Part shown: one piece after another, positions 1 through 7,845 of the stretch | Layout of the letters: the number at the start of each line of letters is the position of its first letter | Position numbering within the stretch: the first letter of the stretch is position 1 | NCBI GenBank assembly: GCA_035493615.1 | Contig: DATJHW010000135.1 | Location: forward strand, 8,361 to 72,360 | Origin: Candidatus Saccharimonadales bacterium | GTDB lineage: Bacteria > Chloroflexota > Limnocylindria > P2-11E | Direction: 5' to 3' | DNA length: 64,000 nt | Translations under genes and position numbers: made by a program | Notes under the pieces: model-generated | Told to the model about the DNA's origin: nothing | What the model saw: the letters and a program-made list of their open reading frames with translations, nothing else | Database searches by the model: none

Positions 1-629
1 GGCTCCGGGGTGCGGGCGGGCCGTCCGGACGCGTGCAGCTTGTCGGCCTCCTCACGTGCGCGCTCGAGACCCTCCTGCGCGGATTCGGGGGCGGTCCTCT
101 CGAGCTCGTCGAGCACGGCCTCGTGCCTCAGGTGCGCCGCGTCGACGACGTCGTCGGCCGCGGTCTGCTTGTCGGCGCTCGTGCCCGGCTTGCCCTGCAG
201 CGCATCGAGCGCGTCGGTGAAGCGCTGGATCGCAGCGGCATACGCGTCGGTCGCGGTCGGTGCCGAGCCCGGTCGCGTCGAGACGGCCTCGGCCAGCTCG
301 GCGAGCCGATGGTCGGCCTGCTCCGCGAGGAGGCGCAGGCGCGTGGTGTCATCGAGAGCCAGCGCGAGCTGGAGCTGCTCCGCCGCGACCTTCAGGCCGA
401 ACGCGGCGTCGCCGGGAAGGCTGTCCGCGGCGGCCTTGCCCGCGCTCGCGAAGACGAGCAGGGCGATGACGGCCGCGACCATCGCCGGCCGGAGTGCCGG
501 CCGAAGGAACGCGCCGGTCACGCGGGACCACGTGGACTCTCGGGGCGAGAGCACACTCGGGGCCTGGACCATGAGCTGCGCGCGCAGCGAGCGCTTGAAC
601 GCGGCGCGCGGCGTGGGGCGCGGAAGCAT
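1..629 (-). CDS. Anti-sigma factor. Partial: N-terminal ~209 codons present, C-terminus lies beyond the window start. Short cytoplasmic N-region, one TM helix (MVAAVIALLVFASAG), extracytoplasmic Ala/Asp-rich helical domain.
   Basis: Hand translation of the minus frame from ATG at 629 to position 2 shows no stop codon. The ATG is 10 nt downstream of the ECF sigma stop (639-641). A single TM segment with sigma/anti-sigma operon topology supports it. It is absent from the ORF track only because no stop lies within the window. Confidence 0.5.
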   Translation of the reverse strand, partial: MLPRPTPRAAFKRSLRAQLMVQAPSVLSPRESTWSRVTGAFLRPALRPAMVAAVIALLVFASAGKAAADSLPGDAAFGLKVAAEQLQLALALDDTTRLRLLAEQADHRLAELAEAVSTRPGSAPTATDAYAAAIQRFTDALDALQGKPGTSADKQTAADDVVDAAHLRHEAVLDELERTAPESAQEGLERAREEADKLHASGRPARTPE

Positions 630-638
630 GTCTTTCAT

Positions 639-1244
639 CTACAGCGCCTCACGCGACGGGATGAGCGCGCGCAGCGCGGAGAGGGCGCGGAACTCGATGC
701 CGCGGATCGTGCCGTCGCGCTTGCCGACGAGCTTCGAGATCGTCTTCGTGTCGTAGCCCTCGACATAGCGCAGCACGAGGATCTCCTGCTGGAGCGGGGT
801 GAGCTGCTGCATCGCGACGCGGACGACCGAGGCGTCCGAGCCGGCGAGCAGGCCGGCGTCCGGGTTCACGACCTGGTCGGCGTTCGGATGGGCGAGGGCG
901 TCCTCGAAGCTGACCTGCTGGCGGGCGCCCTGGCGGCGGCTGCGGTCGATGACCGCGTTGCGCGCGATCCGATACAGCCAGGCCAGGAACGCCTGGCGCG
1001 GCTCGTACTTCGGGATCGCCCGAAGGGCCCTCATGAACACGTCGCTCGTCACGTCTTCCGCCTCTGCCTCGTTCCGTACCCGGTAGAACACGTACCGGTA
1101 CACGGCATCCACGTAGCGGTCGTAGAGGACTCCGAAGGCCTCGGCCTCGCCTGAACCGGCGCGCCGAGCGAGTGCGGCGTCCTCTTCCCGCTCAGCGGAA
1201 CTAACGGGGTCCTCGGGCCGGCTGTTAGGGAGCTCCACCACCAT
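639..1244 (-). CDS. ECF-type RNA polymerase sigma-70 factor (sigma-24 family)
   Basis: 201 aa. Region 2 (YRYVFYRVRNEAEAEDVTSDVFMRA) and region 4 (LTPLQQEILVLRYVEGYDTKTIS) signatures. Followed immediately by the putative anti-sigma gene. Confidence 0.9.
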   Translation of the reverse strand: MVVELPNSRPEDPVSSAEREEDAALARRAGSGEAEAFGVLYDRYVDAVYRYVFYRVRNEAEAEDVTSDVFMRALRAIPKYEPRQAFLAWLYRIARNAVIDRSRRQGARQQVSFEDALAHPNADQVVNPDAGLLAGSDASVVRVAMQQLTPLQQEILVLRYVEGYDTKTISKLVGKRDGTIRGIEFRALSALRALIPSREAL

Positions 1245-1322
1245 TGGACAAACGGTACCCGGGCCGGTTCAGCGCGGCTGGTCCGTCCCCCGGAAGGGGT
1301 AGGATGACCGCAGATTCATACG

Positions 1323-1405
1323 ACAGGGGAGCGCCGGACGGCGCTGAGAGTGCGCGAAAGCGCAGACCCTCGAACCTGACCTGAGTCATATCAGCGTAGG
1401 GAGTC
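1323..1405 (+). promoter_or_regulatory. TPP (THI-box) riboswitch in the 5' leader of the ECF thiamine-precursor transporter operon
   Basis: Conserved CUGAGA motif (ggcgCTGAGAgtgcgcgaaagcgcag) and the ACCCTcGAACCTGAcctGagtcATAtCAGCGTAGGGAg core match the THI-element consensus. The 3' end (uagGGAGuc) overlaps the Shine-Dalgarno sequence 8 nt before ATG 1413, which suggests RBS sequestration. Confidence 0.8.
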
Positions 1406-1412
1406 GGGACCA

Positions 1413-2009
1413 ATGGCCGATCTTCGTGCATCCGCACCAGCCGCTTGGCGCACCGTCGACATCGTCGTGGCAGCCGTCATCGCCGTCGCCTTTGGCGTCG
1501 TGTTCTGGGCCTGGAACGCGCTCTGGGCGGCCACGTCACCTGCCTTCGCCGCCCTTCCCGCCGCCCAGTACCTCATCTCCGGGGTCTGGCTGATCCCGGC
1601 GGTCCTCGGCGGCTTCATCATCCGAAAGCCCGGCGCCGCCCTGTTCTGCGAGCTGCTCGCGGCGATCGTCTCCGCGCTCATCGGCTCGCAGTGGGGCCTC
1701 GACACGGTCGTGTCGGGGGTCGTCCAGGGCGCCGGCGCGGAACTGGTCTTCCTCCTGTTCCGGTACCAGCGGTGGGACCTGATGGTCGCGGCGCTGGCCG
1801 GGCTCGCGAGCGCCGCATTCGCGTGGGTGCACGACATGATCGTGTACTACCCCGACCTCGGCTTCGGGGGGTGGGCGGTGTTCGCTCCCTTCTATCTCGT
1901 CTCCGCGGCGGTCATCGCGGGCATCGGCTCGTTCTACCTCGTGCGGTCGCTCGCGCAGACCGGCGTCCTCGCGTCGTTCCCGTCGGGGCGGTCGCAGAGC
2001 AGGGTCTGA
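1413..2009 (+). CDS. ykoE: ECF transporter S (substrate-capture) component, YkoE-like (HMP/thiamine precursor)
   Basis: 198 aa with about six hydrophobic helices. First gene after the TPP riboswitch. Followed by a fused EcfA1A2 and an EcfT gene (ykoEDC organisation). Confidence 0.65.
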   Translation: MADLRASAPAAWRTVDIVVAAVIAVAFGVVFWAWNALWAATSPAFAALPAAQYLISGVWLIPAVLGGFIIRKPGAALFCELLAAIVSALIGSQWGLDTVVSGVVQGAGAELVFLLFRYQRWDLMVAALAGLASAAFAWVHDMIVYYPDLGFGGWAVFAPFYLVSAAVIAGIGSFYLVRSLAQTGVLASFPSGRSQSRV

Positions 2010-2021
2010 GCCGAGCGTGGC

Positions 2022-3350
2022 GTGATGGCTGACGCCATCCGGCTCCGAGGCTGGGGCTGGCGCCACCCCGGGCGGGCCGCGTGGGCCGTCAGCCGCATCG
2101 ACCTTCACGTCGAGGCCGGTGAGTCGATATTGCTGGCCGGCCCCTCCGGCTCCGGGAAGAGCACTGTGCTGCTCGGCATCGCGGGACTGCTCGATCGGAG
2201 CGGCGGCGGCGCGTCAGAAGGCACGCTCAGCGTGAGCGGCCGGACCGGCATCGTGTTCCAGGATCCGGAGACCTCGCTGGTCATGGCCCGCGCGGGCGAC
2301 GACGTCGCGTTCGGGCTCGAGAATCTCTGTGTCCCGACCGCGCAGATCTGGCCGGCGGTCCACGCGGCGCTCGCGAGTGTCGACTTCCCCTACCCGGACG
2401 ACCACCCGACCGGCGCGCTCTCCGGTGGCGAGAAGCAGCGCCTCGCGTTCGCCGGTGTGTTCGCGCTCGGCGCGGACATCCTGCTCCTCGACGAGCCGAC
2501 CGCGAACCTCGACGCCGACGGTGCGGGGCTCGTCCGCGGCCTCATCGCGCAGGCTCGGGCGCAGGGTCGCACGATCGTCCTGGTCGACCATGACCTCGCG
2601 GAGGCGCGGCCGCTCGTCGACCGGGTCGTGGAGCTCGCGCCCCTTGACCACCCATCCGTGCCGGAGCGTGCCTCCGGGTCGACGACTCCGGGCGGGACGC
2701 TCGTGAAAGCGGCGGATGCGACGTTCCACTACCCGGGTAGCCCCACGCCGGCGCTCGTGGGCGTCGACCTCGAGGTCCGCGCCGGGGAGGCGGTCGCGCT
2801 CACCGGCCGCAACGGCTCCGGAAAATCGACGCTCGCCCTCCTGCTCGCCGGCCTGCTCCGCCCATCGCGCGGAACCGTTGCCGGCGCGGACGGCGCGCCG
2901 CTGGCGCGCCTGCCCGCGGGGGATCTCGTTCGGCGCGTCGGGACGGTCTTCCAGGATCCCGAGCACCAGTTCGTGCGCGGCCGGTCGGACGACGAGCTGA
3001 TGGTCGGGCCGTTGCGCACCGGCGCGAGCCGCGACGCGGCCCGGGCGCGCGCGGCCGAGCTCCTCGCCCGGCTGCGGCTCGCGCCGCTCGCCGCGGCCAA
3101 TCCGTTCACCCTGTCCGGCGGGGAGCAGCGCAGGCTGTCGGTCGCGACGGCGCTCGCGACGGATCCGCCGCTGCTCGTGCTCGACGAGCCGACCTTCGGC
3201 CAGGATCGCGCGACGTACGCGGAGCTCGTGGGACTCCTGCGTGGCGCACGCGATGCCGGCCGAGGCATCGTCTTCGCGACGCACGATCGCGCGCTCGTGC
3301 GCGCGCTCGCCGACCGCGAGCTGCGGCTGGAGGCGGGGCGCGCGGCGTGA
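2022..3350 (+). CDS. ykoD: ECF transporter fused duplicated ATPase (EcfA1-EcfA2, YkoD-like)
   Basis: 442 aa with two ABC cassettes. Walker A motifs GPSGSGKST and GRNGSGKST. Two LSGG signatures, two Walker B (LLLDEPT / LVLDEPT) and H-loops. Confidence 0.85.
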   Translation: MMADAIRLRGWGWRHPGRAAWAVSRIDLHVEAGESILLAGPSGSGKSTVLLGIAGLLDRSGGGASEGTLSVSGRTGIVFQDPETSLVMARAGDDVAFGLENLCVPTAQIWPAVHAALASVDFPYPDDHPTGALSGGEKQRLAFAGVFALGADILLLDEPTANLDADGAGLVRGLIAQARAQGRTIVLVDHDLAEARPLVDRVVELAPLDHPSVPERASGSTTPGGTLVKAADATFHYPGSPTPALVGVDLEVRAGEAVALTGRNGSGKSTLALLLAGLLRPSRGTVAGADGAPLARLPAGDLVRRVGTVFQDPEHQFVRGRSDDELMVGPLRTGASRDAARARAAELLARLRLAPLAAANPFTLSGGEQRRLSVATALATDPPLLVLDEPTFGQDRATYAELVGLLRGARDAGRGIVFATHDRALVRALADRELRLEAGRAA

Positions 3351-4117
3351 TGCTGCTGGTGCCGCTCCGGGCCGACCCGCGCGCGGCCCTCGCCGGCGCG
3401 AACCCGCTGGCCAAGCTCGGAGCGGCCGCGATGGTGATGCTCGTCCTGTTCCTGTCCGTCGATCCGGTCACGCCGCTCGTGCTGCTCGGCGGGATCTCCG
3501 TGGCGGTGTGGCTGTCCGGGATCCCGCCGCGGGCGCTGCTCGGGCGATGCGCGCCGCTTCTCGTCGCGGCCGTCGGTGCCTCCGTCGTGAACGGCGTCTT
3601 CGGCGGTGGCGGCCCGTCGCTCGTCGCGGGGATCGCCACCGGGCTGCGCCTGGTCGCGATCGCGCTCGCGGGCGTCGTCGCGTTCGTCACCATCGATCCC
3701 ACCGATCTGGCCGACGCGCTGGTCCAACACCTGCATGCCCCGCCGCGGTTCGCCGTGGGTGCGCTTGCCGCGTTCCGGCTGCTCCCGATCTTCGCCACCG
3801 AATGGGAGACCATCGGCCTGGCCCGCCGCGCGCGCGGCATCGACGATGGCGGTGGCTTCGTGCACCGGGCGGCGTCGTTCCGCGAGCGGTCGTTCACCCT
3901 GCTCGTGGCCGCGATCCGCCGCGGCGTCCGCCTCGCGCTCGCGATGGACGCGCGCGGCTTCGCAGCGATGCCGGCTCCATGCCGGACGATCGCCCGCCCG
4001 CAGCCGTTCACCGACCGGGATCGGATGCTGCTGCTGTGTGCCGTGGTCGTGTCGATCGGCACCGTCGTCCTTGGAGAGCTGCTCGGCACCTGGCGGTCGT
4101 TGCTCGGTCAGGTCTAG
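3347..4117 (+). CDS. ykoC: ECF transporter transmembrane component EcfT (CbiQ family, YkoC-like)
   Basis: 256 aa, multi-TM. Conserved ARRARG..DGGG coupling motif region. ATGA overlap with the upstream ATPase. Confidence 0.8.
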   Translation: MMLLVPLRADPRAALAGANPLAKLGAAAMVMLVLFLSVDPVTPLVLLGGISVAVWLSGIPPRALLGRCAPLLVAAVGASVVNGVFGGGGPSLVAGIATGLRLVAIALAGVVAFVTIDPTDLADALVQHLHAPPRFAVGALAAFRLLPIFATEWETIGLARRARGIDDGGGFVHRAASFRERSFTLLVAAIRRGVRLALAMDARGFAAMPAPCRTIARPQPFTDRDRMLLLCAVVVSIGTVVLGELLGTWRSLLGQV

Positions 4118-4959
4118 CGGCCCGGTCGACGCTCCAGCTGTCGCTCGAACACGAACATCGTCTCCGGCCACCGCCTCCCGTAGCCGGCGTCGCGCGCGAT
4201 GCGCCACAGGGCCTCGGGCGCGGCGATCCCGGCACGAGCGAGGCCCTGCGCCTCGGCCTCGGCACGCACGGCCCGAAGGAGGTGCCGCAGGCCAGGACCG
4301 GTTCCCGCGACCGCCTCCGCCAGCAGCCGCGAGCCGTGCTCGCGGTCGCGGACCGGCCGAACGAGAGCGGCGCCCGAGACGCTTCCGGGCGGACCGATCA
4401 CCAGGCATCGACCGTCTCGAATGGCCCCGACGACGTCATCCCGGACGACGCGCCGGGCGAAGTGCGCTTCGTACAGCATCGCGCGCCGCTCGCGCAGCAG
4501 CCGCCAGACGGCCGCGACCTCGCGGCGCGCCGCACGGCGCGGACGTCCGCCGGTCGAAGCCTGCGCCGAGTAATGGCAGACGCGCGCGATGCGACGGAAT
4601 CCGAAGCGACGCATGAGCCGATGCACGGCGACGTTGTCCTCGGCCGTGTCCAGCCTCGCGACCCGTGCCCCCAGACGCCGCGCCCGTTCGAGCCGGTGCT
4701 GCAGGAGGGCCGTCGCCACGCCGCGCCGCCGGTAGCGCGGATCGACCCGCAGCGCGTGCAGCCACGCCTCGCGGCGCTCGCTCAGCGTCAGCTTCGCGAT
4801 ACCGACCACCCGGCGGCCCTCCGTCGCGACCCAGAACCGTCCCTTTCGATCGCGGACCCATGCGTCGAACACCAACGGGACATAGTCGTCGGACCAGATG
4901 CGCGCACACAGCGCGCGAACGGCGCGACGGTCGCCTGGCTGGGCGGCCCGGATCCTCAA
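4114..4959 (-). CDS. GNAT family N-acetyltransferase
   Basis: 281 aa. Acetyl-CoA binding motif (RVDPRYRRRGVATALLQHRLERARRLG). Convergent 4-nt overlap with ecfT. Confidence 0.7.
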   Translation of the reverse strand: MRIRAAQPGDRRAVRALCARIWSDDYVPLVFDAWVRDRKGRFWVATEGRRVVGIAKLTLSERREAWLHALRVDPRYRRRGVATALLQHRLERARRLGARVARLDTAEDNVAVHRLMRRFGFRRIARVCHYSAQASTGGRPRRAARREVAAVWRLLRERRAMLYEAHFARRVVRDDVVGAIRDGRCLVIGPPGSVSGAALVRPVRDREHGSRLLAEAVAGTGPGLRHLLRAVRAEAEAQGLARAGIAAPEALWRIARDAGYGRRWPETMFVFERQLERRPGR

Positions 4960-4996
4960 CGGCGATCGACGCCGATGAGCCGCTGCACTCGCACGG

Positions 4997-5356
4997 TCAC
5001 TTCAGCGTGAGGAGGTAGCGCACGAGATCGTCGAAGTCCTCCTGGCTCAGGCCGCGGGCGAGGCCGCGCGGCATCGTGTCCGGGTAGCCCGGGACGACGT
5101 AGGCGCCTGGATCGAGGATGGACTGGCGGATGTAGTCCTCGCCGCTCGTGCCCGGCTTGCGGGTCTCCGCGACGCTCCCGATATGCGTGAGCGGCGGCCC
5201 CGCGGTCCCACCGTCGGTCCCGATCAGATGGCACGTGGCGCAGCTCTTCTCGCGGTACACCTGCGCTCCGCGGGCGATGGGTTCGGTCGCCCGCGGCTCC
5301 GCGCACGCGACCGCGAGCATGCATCCCGCGAGCGCGAGGGCGAAAAGCCGCATCAT
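4997..5356 (-). CDS. Class I c-type cytochrome, lipoprotein (signal peptide with LAGC lipobox, single CxxCH)
   Basis: C-terminal 119 aa of track ORF 4997..5893, starting at the ATGATG at 5356. MMRLFALALAGCMLAVAC signal/lipobox. CATCH heme-binding motif and a downstream Met ligand region. Confidence 0.8.
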   Translation of the reverse strand: MMRLFALALAGCMLAVACAEPRATEPIARGAQVYREKSCATCHLIGTDGGTAGPPLTHIGSVAETRKPGTSGEDYIRQSILDPGAYVVPGYPDTMPRGLARGLSQEDFDDLVRYLLTLK

Positions 5357-5362
5357 CCGCGC

Positions 5363-5944
5363 GTGAACAGTACGGCGGCCCTGCACGGCGCGACCGTCGT
5401 GCTCGGCGACCGCGCGATCCTCCGCGGCCTCGATCTCGAGATCCGTTCGGGCGTCACCGTCGTGCGCGGCCCGAACGGAAGTGGCAAGACGACGCTGCTG
5501 CGCGCGCTCGCCGGCCTTGCCCCGCTCAGCCGCGGAACGCGCGAGACAGCCGCGCGGACCCTGTATCTCGGGCAGCGAGCCGGGCTGCTGCGTGGGCTCT
5601 CGGCGCGCGACAACCTTCGCTTCCTCGCCTCGTTCCGCGGTGATCCGGCCGACGGCGTGGGCCCGGCGCTCGCGGCATGGGGTATCGCGGCCAAGTCCGC
5701 GAACCGGCCGGTCGAATCGCTCTCGGCCGGGGAGCGGAAGCGCGCCGCGCTCGCACGGATCGACGTGGAGCGCTGCGACCTCGTGCTGCTCGATGAGCCG
5801 TTCGGCGAGATCGACGACGGCGCGGCCGCGCAGCTCCTGCGCACGATCCGCCGGCTCGCCGGCGAGCGGCGCAGCGTGGTCATCGCGACCCACGGCCGTT
5901 TCGAGCTCGACGCGGGCGCGAACGAAGTGGTCCGGCTCGCATGA
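5363..5944 (+). CDS. ccmA: Heme exporter ATP-binding protein CcmA
   Basis: In-frame GTG at 5363 inside track ORF 5183..5944. Walker A GPNGSGKTT, LSAGERKR signature, Walker B LVLLDEP. First gene of the ccm operon. Confidence 0.8.
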   Translation: MNSTAALHGATVVLGDRAILRGLDLEIRSGVTVVRGPNGSGKTTLLRALAGLAPLSRGTRETAARTLYLGQRAGLLRGLSARDNLRFLASFRGDPADGVGPALAAWGIAAKSANRPVESLSAGERKRAALARIDVERCDLVLLDEPFGEIDDGAAAQLLRTIRRLAGERRSVVIATHGRFELDAGANEVVRLA

Positions 5945-6606
5945 CGTTGCACCGGATCCGGCTCATGGCGGCCCGTGAGGCGCGAGCCGAGCGCGGGCAG
6001 CCGGATGGCCTGGTCGCCGCGGTGACGTTCGTGGCCACGCTCATCCTCGTCGAGAGCCTCGCGGTCGGTCCGCTCGCGGCCACGCAGCCGGAGGTCGCGA
6101 GCGCGCTCTTCTGGATCGCGATGGTGTTCGCGGCGATCCTGGCGACGACCCGGTCGTTCGAGCGGGAGCTCGAGGATGACGCGATCGACGCGGTGCTCGC
6201 GCTGCCCGGCGGTCGCGACGCGCTCTACGTGGGCAAGGCGCTGGCGCTCACGGCGCTGATCGCGCTCGTCGCGCTGGTCGGCGGCGCGCTGTCGCTGCTT
6301 CTCCTGTCGCTCGACGTGCTGCTCGCGGGACATCTCGCGCTCGTGCTGGTCGCGGGCGTGCTCGCGCAGGTACCGGTGGTCGTCCTCTTCGTCGTCATCG
6401 CGTTGCGCCTTCGTTCGCGCGCCGCGCTCGTGCCGATCCTCGCACTGCCGGTCCTTGTCCCGCAGCTCGTCGCGGCGACGAACGGCACCGCGGCCGCGAT
6501 CTCCGGAGACGCCGCCGGCGCCCTTGGCTGGGCCGGATTGCTCGTCGCGTTCGCATTGGTGTATTCAGTTCTCGGGCTTACCATCGTGCCTGCAGCACTC
6601 GAGTGA
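5941..6606 (+). CDS. ccmB: Heme exporter permease CcmB
   Basis: 221 aa, six TM segments. ATGA overlap with ccmA. Operon position. Confidence 0.8.
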   Translation: MTLHRIRLMAAREARAERGQPDGLVAAVTFVATLILVESLAVGPLAATQPEVASALFWIAMVFAAILATTRSFERELEDDAIDAVLALPGGRDALYVGKALALTALIALVALVGGALSLLLLSLDVLLAGHLALVLVAGVLAQVPVVVLFVVIALRLRSRAALVPILALPVLVPQLVAATNGTAAAISGDAAGALGWAGLLVAFALVYSVLGLTIVPAALE

Positions 6607-7304
6607 TCAGCACGACAGCGAAGACCACTTCCGCACTGCGCGCGCGTCCCTTCCTGGGCGCGGCGAGCCTCGTCGCGCTGTTCGTCGCGCTCTGGATGGC
6701 CCTCGTCTGGTCCCCGCCGGACGCCGCGATGGGGAATGTCGTGCGCATCCTCTACGTCCACGTCGCCAACGCCTGGCTCGCGTATCTCGCGTTCGTCGTC
6801 GTGTTCCTGGCGAGCGTCGCGTACCTCTGGACGAAGCGGCCGGTCTTCGACGCGATCGCCGTCGCTTCGGCGGAGATCGGCGTGCTCTTCACCGGCCTCA
6901 CGCTCGTGCTCGGCGCGATCTGGGCCCGCCCGACCTGGGGCGTCTGGTGGAGCTGGGAGCCGCGGGTCATCACGACCGCGGTGATGTTCGCGATGTACAT
7001 CGGCTACCTGCTGCTGCGGAACCTGTCGGATGACCTCGAGCGGCGCGCGACACGGGCCGCGGTGCTCGGCATCGTCCTGGTCGTCGACGTGCCGATCGTC
7101 CACCTCTCCGTCACGTGGATGAACGCCCTGCATCAGCTGCCCAGCGTCCTCCGTCCCGGCCTCGACCCAACGCTCGATCCGTCGATGCTCGCGTCGCTCA
7201 TCGCGATGACGATCGCGTTCAGCTTCCTGTACGCGTACCTGATGACTGCCCGCGTGGACATCGAGCGCCGGCGGCAGGTCCGCATCCTCGAGGAGCGGGC
7301 ATGA
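6603..7304 (+). CDS. ccmC: Heme exporter protein CcmC
   Basis: 233 aa. Trp-rich WWD-type motif WGVWWSWEPR plus conserved His. Overlaps ccmB. Confidence 0.85.
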   Translation: MISTTAKTTSALRARPFLGAASLVALFVALWMALVWSPPDAAMGNVVRILYVHVANAWLAYLAFVVVFLASVAYLWTKRPVFDAIAVASAEIGVLFTGLTLVLGAIWARPTWGVWWSWEPRVITTAVMFAMYIGYLLLRNLSDDLERRATRAAVLGIVLVVDVPIVHLSVTWMNALHQLPSVLRPGLDPTLDPSMLASLIAMTIAFSFLYAYLMTARVDIERRRQVRILEERA

Positions 7305-7408
7305 ATATCGACAACCTCGGGTTCATCACGGCCGCGTACGTCAGCTGCTTCGGCGCGCTCGCGCTCTACGTGTGGTCGCTCGTGCGCCGCCGGCGTGACG
7401 GTGAGTGA
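7301..7408 (+). CDS. ccmD: Heme exporter protein CcmD (small single-TM)
   Basis: 35 aa, MNIDNLGFITAAYVSCFGALALYVWSLVRRRRDGE. ATG 7301 overlaps the ccmC stop. Sits between ccmC and ccmE. Confidence 0.6.
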   Translation: MNIDNLGFITAAYVSCFGALALYVWSLVRRRRDGE

Positions 7409-7845
7409 GCGCGGCTAACCGGATCGGCGGCCGCCGCGTGCTGATCATCGCCGCGCTCGCGATCGCCGTGGTCATCGGCTACGTGGCGACCCAAACCCTC
7501 CAGAGCGCGGCGGTCTACTACCTCACCCCGACGGAAGCCGCGCAGCGCCACTTCGTGGCCGGCGAGGCCGCGCGCCTGGGCGGGCAGGTCCTCGCGGGCA
7601 CGCTCGTGTACGACCCGGCCAGCCGCGCGCTGCGGTTCACGATCGGCGACGGGATCTCGACCGTGAAGGTGATCGGCTCCGGCGCGCCCCCCGGCCTCCT
7701 GCGGGAGGGCGCCGGGGCGGTGGTCGAGGGGAGCTTCGCGGCCGACGGCACGTTCCGCGCGACGCAGGTCATCGCGAAGCACGACGAGGTGTACACGGCG
7801 CCCACCGGATCCGCGGTGCCCACGCACCAGACGCCCGGCCCATGA
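7405..7845 (+). CDS. ccmE: Cytochrome c-type biogenesis heme chaperone CcmE
   Basis: 146 aa. N-terminal TM anchor. Heme-binding HDExY motif (VIAKHDEVYTAP). Confidence 0.85.
   Translation: MSAANRIGGRRVLIIAALAIAVVIGYVATQTLQSAAVYYLTPTEAAQRHFVAGEAARLGGQVLAGTLVYDPASRALRFTIGDGISTVKVIGSGAPPGLLREGAGAVVEGSFAADGTFRATQVIAKHDEVYTAPTGSAVPTHQTPGP

Noticed and set aside
10-1154. Long plus-strand ORFs (10..756, 33..1154) overlapping the sigma/anti-sigma genes
   Set aside because: They lie antisense to a motif-supported ECF sigma gene. Their Arg/Ala/Gly-rich low-complexity translations are typical of open off-frames in 72% GC DNA.
1245-1322. ECF-type promoter (GAAC..CGTT) upstream of the sigma gene
   Set aside because: A TGAACC-N12-CGTT arrangement exists, but the spacing is atypical and the -10 would sit ~8 nt from the ATG. 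Too weak to call.
2729-5010. 559-aa (-) and 589-aa (+) ORFs spanning the ECF transporter and GNAT genes
   Set aside because: Antisense or off-frame to well-supported genes. Extreme Arg/Pro/Ala composition. No motifs.
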